Of a stretch of DNA of 64,000 nt, positions 43,696 to 52,710 are shown in pieces. The notes beneath the pieces are model-generated. The model searched no databases. It was not told where the DNA came from and worked only from the letters and a program-made list of their open reading frames with translations. Made by a program: the position numbers and the translations under genes. This stretch comes from Candidatus Bathyarchaeota archaeon (GTDB lineage Archaea > Thermoproteota > Bathyarchaeia > Bathyarchaeales > Bathycorpusculaceae): the NCBI GenBank assembly GCA_963717465.1, contig OY970340.1:640001-704000 (forward strand), in the 5' to 3' direction. Each line of letters opens with the position of its first letter. Positions within the stretch are counted from its first letter, which is position 1.

Positions 43696-45266
43696 ATGAT
43701 GGAAGCAAGAAAAACTTAAAAAGGCAATCGAAGCAACCATTGCAGCAGGTTACCAATTAAACAGCGAAGCTTTTGAGTTTTTAAAAACAAACCCTGCAGC
43801 TGAAGATCCTGTTGAAGTAATGAATTTAGCGATTCAAAGAATGGAACAATTGGAGAATAAGCCTTTATTCATAGGCAAGGAACTTATCTAGAAACAATTT
43901 TACAACCATCAAGCTCCAGAGAAGAAACAATCTCTTAAAGTCAAACTCAACCAAGCCCAAGCATGGAACCTCAAAATCAGACTCACTGTAGAAAAGGAAG
44001 ACTTTTTTTACCCTTATGCTAAGTACATCCCAGCTCAAATTAACATTATTAGATGATTCAACAGGGAAGCTGAGTTCTAATGGAACGCTAGAGGAGTACC
44101 TTCGATACTTTCAAGATAGGTTTAAACGGATTGAACGTCTGCTGAGGCAAAGAATGGATGTTAAAGCTGCAACATCAATATTGGAAGCATTGAAATCTCA
44201 GCCTAAAACAAAGCTAAAAATTATTTGCATGCTAACTGAGAAACGCGAATCAAAAAATCAAATATTCTTATCAGTTGAAGATTTACATGGAAGCACCACT
44301 GTTCTAATCCCGCAAAAAGCGCCTGAAGAAGTGCATAAAAAGGCGGCTCAACTTACTGCCTGACCAGATAGTTTGCTTAGCCGTGATAAAAACAAGAACC
44401 AATCTCTTTCTAGCTGAAGACATAATTTTTCCAGAAGTAGGCAAGAAACCTCAACAGAGAGCTGATGAACCTGTTTATGCAGTATTAACTTCAGATATTC
44501 ATATTGGAAGCAACAAATTCCAAAGAGAAGCATTCAACCGCTTTATTCAATGGCTTAACGGCAAATACGGAAACCAAGAAATGAAAGAAATCGCTGGCCG
44601 CGTAAAATACCTTCTCATCGCAGGCGACATTGTTGATGGCATCGGAGTTTACCCAAACCAAGTAAAAGAACTTTTGATAAGAGATGTTCATAAGCAATAC
44701 AGGTTCGCAGCAAAACTTATGCAGCAAATTCCAGATTACATTCAAATCATAGTTTCACCGGGTAACCATGATGCATCAAGAAAATCCCTTCCGCAACCAG
44801 CTATACCACAAGAATACCTAAAAACGATAAATGAAAAAGGCAACATTTACTCCGTCGGTAGCCCCTGTGTGCTCACTATACATGGTGTTGAAGTCTTAAT
44901 GTATCATGGCCGCAGTTTAGATGACCTAATCGGCACAGTTCCAGGGATAGATCATGATCACCCTGAAAAAGCAATGAAACTGCTTCTTGCAAGCACGTCA
45001 TTTAGCACCAGTGTACGGTGGCAAAACAATGTTGTCGCCAGAAAACCGAGATTACTTAGTAATTGATAGAGTACCTGATATTTTCCATGCTGGCCACATT
45101 CACGTCTTAGGGCTACTGCAATTACCGAGGAGTTTTAGTCATAAATTCTGGCGGTTGGCAAGAGCAAACTGACTATATGCAGAAGTTAGGTTTGGTTCCA
45201 ACGCCTGGGAAAGTGCCAGTAGTTAACTTGCAAACATTAGAAACATCAGTATTATCATTTAATTAG
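43696..45266 (+). CDS. polB: DNA polymerase D small subunit DP1; multiple frameshifts
   Basis: YFQDRF, OB fold, SDIHIGS, AGDIVDG, PGNHD, YHGRS, RHLAP.YG, HAGHIH. Confidence 0.93.
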
Positions 45267-45305
45267 CATCGAAAAAGGCAGCAGAAAAACATTCAGGGTC
45301 TTACT

Positions 45306-46538
45306 TTAAGTGTTCTTGGAATTAACAGTAGTTGGAGTATATTCTAGCAAATGGCTAAACCTGCTGTCACTTCCAAATACGTCTTTGATCAGAGAACGCG
45401 ATATTTCCAGCCTTATTTTTTTAGTTCGTCCATAGCGACCCATGCTCACTACTTTTGCATTCAAAAGACCCATCGAATCAAGTTCATTAATCAAAGTGCC
45501 TAATCGGCGTTGAGTTAAAAGCCCCGCGCCTTGTTCTCCGCAGAGTTCATTGTAAATATCGTATATTTCGCCAGTATTAGCGCTTGATTTGTTCAGATGA
45601 TAAACGCTTAAAAGCACCAATTTTGAGTGTAAAGTTAAGTTTTTGAGCGCTTCGACAACACGGTTATGTTCTATATGTCTTTCAGCTTGCCTTACATGTT
45701 CATCTGTAATAATTTTGTCTTTTTGTCGTTCTGCAACTTCGCCAGCCACACGCAGCAGATCCAGGGCGCGGCGTGCATCACCATGTTCAGCAGCGGCTAA
45801 AGCTGAACAGATACTTAATGCAGCTTCAGATAAAACGCCTTCTTGAAACGAAAGCTTTGATCTTTCCAAGAATATATTGCGAAGTTCACTTGCATCATAG
45901 GGTCTGAAGACCAGTTCTTCCTCGCTAAGAGAACTGAAAACTCGTGGGTCAAGAAATTCTTTCAACCGTAAATCGTTGGATATTCCAATTATAGATACCT
46001 TACTCTTGCTAAGCGTTTCGTTTATTCTTGTTAATTCATACATGAAGCCGTCTCCATGCTCTTTAATCAAAGCGTCAACTTCGTCCAAGACTATTATGAA
46101 AATTATTCTTGAAGCGTCTAATCCTGATCGGAACCTATCGAAGACTTCGCCGACAGATAATCCAGTAAAAGGAATAGTTAAGCCAACGCTTTGACTTAGG
46201 CTTGCAAAAACTCGATATTCTGAGCCTACCATCCTGCAATTAATATAGCAAAACTTTACAAAAGATCCATACTCTTTAGATTTAGATTCTAAATGACTTA
46301 AGACATACTTGGTAACTGCAGTCTTTCCAGTTCCAGTTTTCCCATAAATAAAGATGTTTGAGCAACGTGCATTTTTTAGAACAGGAGCAACAGTTTGACC
46401 TAAAAGACGGATTTGTTCTTCTCTATGAGGCAATTTTTCAGGTAGGTAATCATGCCTTAGAACTTCGCGGTCCTTAAAGAGACAAACGCCATTTACAAAG
46501 TTGTCGAATACATCATTTAAGATACTTTGATTACCCAT
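45306..46538 (-). CDS. cdc6: Orc1/Cdc6 replication initiator
   Basis: LPHRE, GKTGTGKT, LDEVD, GDARRALDLLR, wHTH GRYGRT. Confidence 0.97.
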   Translation of the reverse strand: MGNQSILNDVFDNFVNGVCLFKDREVLRHDYLPEKLPHREEQIRLLGQTVAPVLKNARCSNIFIYGKTGTGKTAVTKYVLSHLESKSKEYGSFVKFCYINCRMVGSEYRVFASLSQSVGLTIPFTGLSVGEVFDRFRSGLDASRIIFIIVLDEVDALIKEHGDGFMYELTRINETLSKSKVSIIGISNDLRLKEFLDPRVFSSLSEEELVFRPYDASELRNIFLERSKLSFQEGVLSEAALSICSALAAAEHGDARRALDLLRVAGEVAERQKDKIITDEHVRQAERHIEHNRVVEALKNLTLHSKLVLLSVYHLNKSSANTGEIYDIYNELCGEQGAGLLTQRRLGTLINELDSMGLLNAKVVSMGRYGRTKKIRLEISRSLIKDVFGSDSRFSHLLEYTPTTVNSKNT

Positions 46539-46685
46539 TAGCCAGTCCCTTCCACTTTAGAGGGAACATCGTTATTCAAAATGGAACAGATAAAGCCTAT
46601 AGTACAAAAAACTGGTTTGAAGCACAATAATCCTAAAAATTAATGCAAGCAAGGGATGATAAGCAGGCAAACAGAGACTTACACG

Positions 46686-47170
46686 CACCCCAAGGTTTCT
46701 ACTGGAAAAATTTGTTAAAAAAAATTTAATTAAGAAAAACTTAGATATAATATATATAAATAATAATATACTCTAATAGTTAAAGAGAATATTTGTTTAT
46801 TAATTATTATTGTCAAGTATTTTAGACAAGTAGTCTGCAATTCTTTTTTCGAGAGTTTTTTAGCCGTTTTCATTGAAAAATATTTCGAGAGGAAATGTAG
46901 GGGTGTCGGCAAGTCCATGTGGTTGTCCATATAATTCCTCTTTTCCCTTTTTAAAAAAGATTTTAAACTTCAATTTTCTTGCCATGACTCTATATTGTAA
47001 AAAATATTATTCATTGTTAAATCTTAAGTCTCTTCTTTTTCCTTCACAGACTTGTGAACCAGTTGTGAAATTGATCATAAAATATCTCTTATTCAGCCTT
47101 TATTTTGTCATTGTATTCTATTTATGTCCTTTTTACTGTGAAGATGCCACCCCTGCATTTCTACTGGAGA
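46686..47170. other. Replication origin (oriC) with three ORB elements and AT-rich tracts
   Basis: TTTCCAGTAGAAACCTTGGGGTG (-, 46686-46708), TTTCGAGAGGAAATGTAGGGGTG (+, 46883-46905), TCTCCAGTAGAAATGCAGGGGTG (-, 47148-47170); upstream of cdc6. Confidence 0.9.
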
Positions 47171-47345
47171 AACAAGATCAGAATGAAGAAAAGAATTTTA
47201 AATCAATCAGAGATTGTGTGACCCTTGTAATTCTTAAAAAAATGAATTTTAAGCCTATTTTTAAAATTTAGTCATTATATCAGTCGTTTCACAAACTCCG
47301 ATTTCACCATAACAATTATAAGGTGTAAAGCTGTAAAGTTGTGAA
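47043..47345. repeat. Cluster A of TGTGA(A)/TTCAC(A) motifs
   Basis: Sites at 47043, 47053, 47064, 47137, 47217, 47288, 47303, 47340; includes TTCACA-GACT-TGTGAA. Confidence 0.65.
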
Positions 47346-47367
47346 CGTCTCAAGGTGCACCGCAAGC

Positions 47368-47796
47368 ATGCCCGCTAGAAAAATGCGTGTGGAGTTATTC
47401 GATAACGAGGGAAATCGATACACTATAGCCTTTGAGGGACAAATCACTCGAGATAAAGCTTTGCGGCTCCTTGATCTTGTTGAATTGCTTGGTGGAGTGC
47501 CTGAGGGTCAACAGCCTTCTGGATTAGGAAATCTTCCAGGTGAGGCTTCTTCAAGATTTGAAAAAATGCGCTCAGTGATTCAGAAGAATTTTCCTCTTGT
47601 CTGGTTTTCATCCAAGGAAATTCAGTCGGTCTATGAGCAGGAACTTAAAGAACCCATAAGTTTGAGCACCGTTTCAACTTATTTAGCTAGAATGGCAGGC
47701 AAGGGCTACCTCCTTAGAACTGGCGGTGCCAACAATTTGAAGTACAAGATTTCGTCAGTGACTCCGCAAGCAGTTGTAAAACAAACAATGAAATGA
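47368..47796 (+). CDS. Winged-helix DNA-binding protein with small N-terminal alpha/beta domain
   Basis: FSSKEIQSVYEQ...ISLSTVSTYLARM..KGYL.R.G wHTH. Confidence 0.8.
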   Translation: MPARKMRVELFDNEGNRYTIAFEGQITRDKALRLLDLVELLGGVPEGQQPSGLGNLPGEASSRFEKMRSVIQKNFPLVWFSSKEIQSVYEQELKEPISLSTVSTYLARMAGKGYLLRTGGANNLKYKISSVTPQAVVKQTMK

Positions 47797-47843
47797 TAAC
47801 TATTTTCCAAGTTGATTAATCTTTAGAAGATTATGAACTTCTG

Positions 47844-48558
47844 TTAAGCTGGTGGGTTCTCTGTTTTGTTTAAGAATTTTTCCATTTCTTTTTTAACGCT
47901 GTATCGGAATGGGATTTTGCCGGTTTCTCTTTCGAGGTATCCTCCTTCATACAGCTTCTTCATTAGTCTGGCTGTGTGCTCTCTGCTGAGTTTAACTCTG
48001 TCTTTAATTTCAGGCGCTGTTTTTGGCCCTTCAGAAGATAGCATTTCCAAGCACTGAAATTTCTGTATCAGTCAACGCAGCCATTGCTTTATCACGCCTA
48101 ATTGGTATAACTGGTTCGGGCTTGTTTTCAGTTGGGGATGCAAACTTTTGAATCTGTTCTTCGAAACCCGAAATTCTTGTCTTAAAACTTTCCTGAGAGT
48201 TTTCAATATCCTTAATTTTCAGTTCAAAACCATTTAGACTTGCCAAAACTTTTTCATTGTCCTCTATTGCCTTGGCGAATTGGTTTTCTATCGGGTTTAG
48301 CTTCTTTTCTAAAGCTTCTGCTTTTTTGAATCCTGCGTCAGCTTTGGCTGAATTTCCTTCAACTTTGTAAGCAATCAATTCTAATCTGCTTGCTTCGCGC
48401 TTGAGTTCTCTGTTAAAGCTAAGAACAATGTCCTGAACCGAGTTCTTTGCCTTCTCGTACTCTTTTTGTGCATTCTTAATTTGCCTAAGAAAGATAATAC
48501 ACGAGATAACTATGGCTGCAAGCAGTACAGTTAATAAAACTAAACTTACGTCAGTCAT
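47844..48558 (-). CDS. Membrane-anchored coiled-coil protein with C-terminal wHTH; 1-nt frameshift near 48045
   Basis: N-terminal TM helix, heptad-rich middle; LTDTEISVL joins EMLSSEGPKTAPEIKDRVKLSREHTARLMKKLYEGGYLER if one G is removed. Confidence 0.8.
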
Positions 48559-48572
48559 GTTTGTTCATACTC

Positions 48573-48857
48573 CGTGATTCGTGCGTGATTCAAACAGTGT
48601 TGCATCACAAATCACAGTTACCATGAAACTTTTAAGTTTTATGGTGATATCTCGCTTTATCTGTCCTCCACATCACAGGTCACAAAATAAATCACAGCTT
48701 CTATCTTTACATCTGTGATCAGTGTTAACGTTTTATATCTTAAATTTTAGCTTATTTTCAGCAATAAAGCTCTATTTGAGCTTTTAACTATGAACCTTAA
48801 ATTCATATGTGTAAAGTTTTCAAAACATAGCATCCTTATGTGATTTGTGACATCACA
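48573..48857. repeat. Cluster B of GTGAY/RTCAC motifs
   Basis: Twelve half-sites (48574, 48585, 48604, 48611, 48644, 48672, 48679, 48691, 48715, 48840, 48847, 48852); includes TTGTGA-CA-TCACAA. Confidence 0.8.
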
Positions 48858-49332
48858 AAGGCTCTCCTGATGGACTAGAAAGCCGTTTTAAGCTCGTTTC
48901 AAGCTCTTCCCGGATGATTTCGACCAGTTTTAAGCGTTCTTTTAGCTCATCTTCCTTGTCTGGCACTTCCTGGTGTGCCTCCACATATTCCTTCAATTTA
49001 TTGCTTATTTCGAGATACGGGTCAAGAGTAGTCGTTTCAAACACTCCTAAGTAGCCTAAAAGCAGTACAGTGTATATGGATTTTATCACGTTTTCTTTAG
49101 ACTGTTTTAATGTCCTATTAAAGGAACCGCGACTTATTTTAGCCTTAGTTAGCCTTAAACAGGCTTTTTCATCGTACTTTAGCTGTTTGCCTGAAATATT
49201 CTCGGCTAAAATGTCTATTAACAGTGTTTCTAGCTGGATTTTTGTTAATTGGCTATTTTTAGCCAGTATTTTTACAATAGGGTCGTTTAATGCCCCGTTT
49301 AACCATGCTTGAACGCCTTCTTTTAGCTTCAA
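48853..49332 (-). CDS. Hypothetical protein with HTH-like segment
   Basis: LTKIQLETL...ISRGSFNRTLKQSKENV resembles a sigma-region-4/Tfx-like HTH. Confidence 0.72.
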   Translation of the reverse strand: MKLKEGVQAWLNGALNDPIVKILAKNSQLTKIQLETLLIDILAENISGKQLKYDEKACLRLTKAKISRGSFNRTLKQSKENVIKSIYTVLLLGYLGVFETTTLDPYLEISNKLKEYVEAHQEVPDKEDELKERLKLVEIIREELETSLKRLSSPSGEPL

Positions 49333-49702
49333 ACTGCTCTACTTCTCCGTATATTGAAATGGATACGCTTTTGTATACTATGCCTGCTTTTTAAAATTTT
49401 CCTAACAGAAAGCTAACCCTGTTTTAGTTCTAAAATGGCATTAATTGAGGCTTAAAATAAAAATTAACTACTTTTTGAGGCATTATTAGAGTTATACAGT
49501 CAATATGTTTGTGTTTGGCTTAAATATGCTTGTACTGCCCTTCTCTGACCCAATAAAATGGTTGAGATTAACTAGATGTTGGCTGAGTGTTTGCCTGAAT
49601 TATAGGTTCATTTTATCGATTGCATGTTAAGTTAATATAATTCACACAATTTACCTCTAAATTAAAAAGACTTTTCTGACGCTCCATTCTTTTTCTATGC
49701 GA

Positions 49703-49809
49703 GTGATATCATCATGAATTGTCTTCGTGATATCACCTTGTCACAAATAGTCACGTTGGATGCTCCATGGAATCTTTGATATCACAGCGTGATGTGACGC
49801 GTCTGTGAT
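49703..49809. repeat. Cluster C of GTGAY/RTCAC motifs
   Basis: Nine half-sites in 107 bp, with GTGATATCAT (49703), perfect GTGATATCAC (49727) and TTGATATCACA (49776). Confidence 0.82.
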
Positions 49810-49824
49810 TTGCGAAATGATGGA

Positions 49825-50659
49825 TTAAAAAAGTTCAGCTTGCTTCATTAACTCTAAGAAAAGCTCTGGTCTGAGGTCTCTTAAGGTTGGGATGAATGTT
49901 TCAGCCCCAATTAGGTCTTTGAAGTCAACTTCACAGGTGACGAAATCCTCTTCATCATACTTTGCCTTGGCAATTACTTCTCCAGTTGGGCTTACAAGTC
50001 TGCTTCCACCCCAGAACTGCAAGCCATCCTCAACTCCGGCAAGGTTAACGTAAGCGAGAAAAGCAGTGTTTTCCAGAGCTCTTGCGCTCGTCAGGATTTC
50101 AAAGTATCCTCTGCGGACGGCAGGTGATGCTGAGATACAGACTATTAATTGGGCCCCCTTTAGTCGTGTAAGGCGAATTACCTCAGGGAAGAAAATGTCA
50201 TAGCAAATGCATAATCCTATTTTGCCTATTGCAGTGTCGAATGAGACGGTTTGGTATCCTGGGCGAAAATATCTTTTCTCTTCAAAAACGCTATGGGTTG
50301 GCAAGTAGAATTTACGGTATTTCCCTATCAAACCTTTAGGACCCACGAAAACTGCCGTGTTAAATATTGTTGCTTTGCTCTTTTCGCTAAGTTCAGGCAT
50401 TCCAAAAATGATATGCCTTCCAGTTTTTTTCGCTAACGCTGCAACCTTTTCGGTTGTCGGTCCAGGAATTGTTTCAGCTAATTCGTAGAGTTGATCCATC
50501 ACTACGTAGCCAGTCAAGGAAAGCTCAGGAAAAATCACTAAATCAGCCGCTTGCTCCTTTGCCTTAATTGTTACTTCTTCTATTTTGCGAAAATTCTGTT
50601 CCTTATCTTCGCGTCGACTGCTTATTTGGGCAAGGGCTAATTTTAATTTTATCTTTCAA
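49825..50659 (-). CDS. Carbon-nitrogen hydrolase (nitrilase family); frameshift near the N-terminus
   Basis: FPELSLTGY, YRK, ICYD catalytic triad E-K-C, RALEN. Confidence 0.9.
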
Positions 50660-50678
50660 ATTATTTCCCTTTCCTTTT

Positions 50679-51521
50679 TCAATAGTTATGCCTTGGAAGC
50701 CTAAAATCGTTTCCCACTGTTCTATAACCAGTTTTAGCTGCCAAGGGCATCCGCCTCTTATGCTCCACTGCCAGCCATCTGCTCTTCACTTTGCTAACGA
50801 CGCGTTTCTGGATGTTAAGTTGGTCGGCAATTTCTTCCACTGGAACAAAGCGTTCAAGTCCATAAAGAATAAGGTCTAAGAGTTCGTATTTTATTCCAAG
50901 TTCTGATTCGGCGAGCTGGTTTGGCCAAAGTGCTGGAGTGGAAGGCTTTAGTGCAATTTTTTCCGGGAAGCCTAAGTGTAGGGCTAGTTTGCGAACTTGG
51001 GTTTTATACAAATCCATTAAGGGTGATATATCTGCGGCTACGTCTCCCCATTTTGTGAAGTATCCCATCATGGTTTCTGACTTGTCTGAGCTACCGCAAA
51101 CTATGAGGTTAAGCTTGTTTGCAAAATAGTAAAGGTAAATCATTCTTGTTCTGGCTTTAATGTTTCCCTTGGAAAGTCTATCCTTTTTGTCAAAGACGGG
51201 TATTCCCTCATAAAACCTGTCTAGAATTTGTGTCATGTCACAAACGTGGGTTTTAATTTGGAATTTCTCTGCTATTGTTTTCGCGTCGTCTATGTCTTGT
51301 TGATTGAATGTTTCTTTCTCAGGAAGCATAAGTCCAATCACCCGTTGCCCTCCTATGGATAAGCTTGAAAGTGCCGCAACCATGCTACTGTCAATTCCAC
51401 CAGAGAGCCCAAGAACTATCCCTTCAGCCCCTGCGTTCTCAACGTACTCTTTTATGAAACGCGTTATCCTTTTTTCAACCTCTGGAAAATTTAATTCTAA
51501 GCAGGAAGAAGTTAACTTCAC
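50679..51521 (-). CDS. nadE: NH3-dependent NAD+ synthetase
   Basis: GLSGGIDS, NIKARTRM, GYFTKWGD, LYKTQV. Confidence 0.95.
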   Translation of the reverse strand: MKLTSSCLELNFPEVEKRITRFIKEYVENAGAEGIVLGLSGGIDSSMVAALSSLSIGGQRVIGLMLPEKETFNQQDIDDAKTIAEKFQIKTHVCDMTQILDRFYEGIPVFDKKDRLSKGNIKARTRMIYLYYFANKLNLIVCGSSDKSETMMGYFTKWGDVAADISPLMDLYKTQVRKLALHLGFPEKIALKPSTPALWPNQLAESELGIKYELLDLILYGLERFVPVEEIADQLNIQKRVVSKVKSRWLAVEHKRRMPLAAKTGYRTVGNDFRLPRHNY

Positions 51522-51607
51522 AACTAGCACCCTACTGAATTTCTTGGTAGGCAAGTATTTAAGGACAAAGTATGAATATAAAATGAATCGTTTAGAAGGC
51601 TAACAAT

Positions 51608-51874
51608 ATGGGGCGAAGGCGAAAGAAAGTTGTTCATATTCCTAAGAAGCGATTGCCCAAATTCTTTTCCTGCCCCAGATGTGGAAAAGAAACTGTTAGA
51701 GTTGAATTATTAAGGGAAGATGGTCGGGCAACTGCTCGTTGTAGTAGCTGTGGACTTCAAGAAGAATTCCCTATCAAACCTGCTCAAGGTGAAGTTGACG
51801 TTTACTGCATGCTTACCGACAGAGTTTATAGCACTTCAAGAAAGACTCCCATCACAAAGACAAAGACAGATTAG
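51608..51874 (+). CDS. elf1: Transcription elongation factor Elf1
   Basis: MGRRRKK...F.CPRC...C..CG......VDVY...D. Confidence 0.9.
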   Translation: MGRRRKKVVHIPKKRLPKFFSCPRCGKETVRVELLREDGRATARCSSCGLQEEFPIKPAQGEVDVYCMLTDRVYSTSRKTPITKTKTD

Positions 51875-51888
51875 TCGAAGGATTATTC

Positions 51889-52641
51889 ATGGTAGGACAT
51901 GTCGAAAACTACTTGCTAGAAAAAATTAAAGCTGAAGGATCAATTCACATAACTCTTCTGGATCCAGAAAAAATAACACCTGATCAAGCAGCTCTTGTAG
52001 CTGAAAACTCCAAGAACAGCGGAACCTCAGCCATAATGATTGGCGGTTCAACCTCTATTTCTCAAATTCATCTCGATGAAGTTGTTGTAGCCATTAAAAA
52101 GACGGTTAAAATCCCAACTATCCTTTTCCCGGGCAACATAAATGGAATAAGTTCACACGCAGATGCTTTATGGTTCATGTCTCTGCTAAATTCAGTTGAC
52201 CCCTACTTTGTCATAGGTGTTCAAACGTTAGGGGCTCCACTTGTCAAGAAGTTCAGTTTAGAACCAATCCCGATGGGCTACATTATTGTCGGCGATGGCG
52301 GCACCGCCGGCATAATTGGCAAAGCGATTTCAATTCCGTATAATAAGCCTGAGTTGGCAGCTGCTTACGCACTTGCTGGTCAATATCTTGGTATGCGCTT
52401 TATCTATCTTGAAGGCGGTTCAGGAGCTGCGGTTTCTGTTCCACCAGAAATGATTCGCACCGTCAAGAGTGTTATCAATGCAACCCTTGTTGTCGGTGGA
52501 GGAATAAGAACTAAAGAACAAGCGCTAGTTGCAGCGTCCGCAGGTGCTGACATCATAGTTACAGGGAACATCACAGAGACTGCTGATGGTAAGCAGCGGA
52601 TTACTGAAATAGTCGAAGGCGTAAAGGGACTAAGAGTTTAG
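51889..52641 (+). CDS. Geranylgeranylglyceryl phosphate synthase
   Basis: LLDPEK, IGGS, FPG, YLEGGSG, VGGGIR. Confidence 0.94.
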   Translation: MVGHVENYLLEKIKAEGSIHITLLDPEKITPDQAALVAENSKNSGTSAIMIGGSTSISQIHLDEVVVAIKKTVKIPTILFPGNINGISSHADALWFMSLLNSVDPYFVIGVQTLGAPLVKKFSLEPIPMGYIIVGDGGTAGIIGKAISIPYNKPELAAAYALAGQYLGMRFIYLEGGSGAAVSVPPEMIRTVKSVINATLVVGGGIRTKEQALVAASAGADIIVTGNITETADGKQRITEIVEGVKGLRV

Positions 52642-52710
52642 CGGTGGCTACCTTGCTTTTTTAGAAAGCCAAAATAACCCATCTCTTTATTATCTAACCG
52701 GGAACAGTCT

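Noticed and set aside
23978..45266. Programmed frameshifting or pseudogenisation of mcm, aIF2a, priL, ppsA, DP1
   Set aside because: Too many independent essential genes are affected and no shared slippery motif is evident; assembly error is far more likely.
46730..47271. ORFs 46730-46930 (-) and 46873-47271 (+)
   Set aside because: Low-complexity translations of AT-rich origin DNA overlapping ORBs.
48573..49809. CRP/FNR sites or a CRISPR array
   Set aside because: TGTGA half-sites lack the N6 spacing of CRP sites, and there are no long repeats with regular unique spacers.
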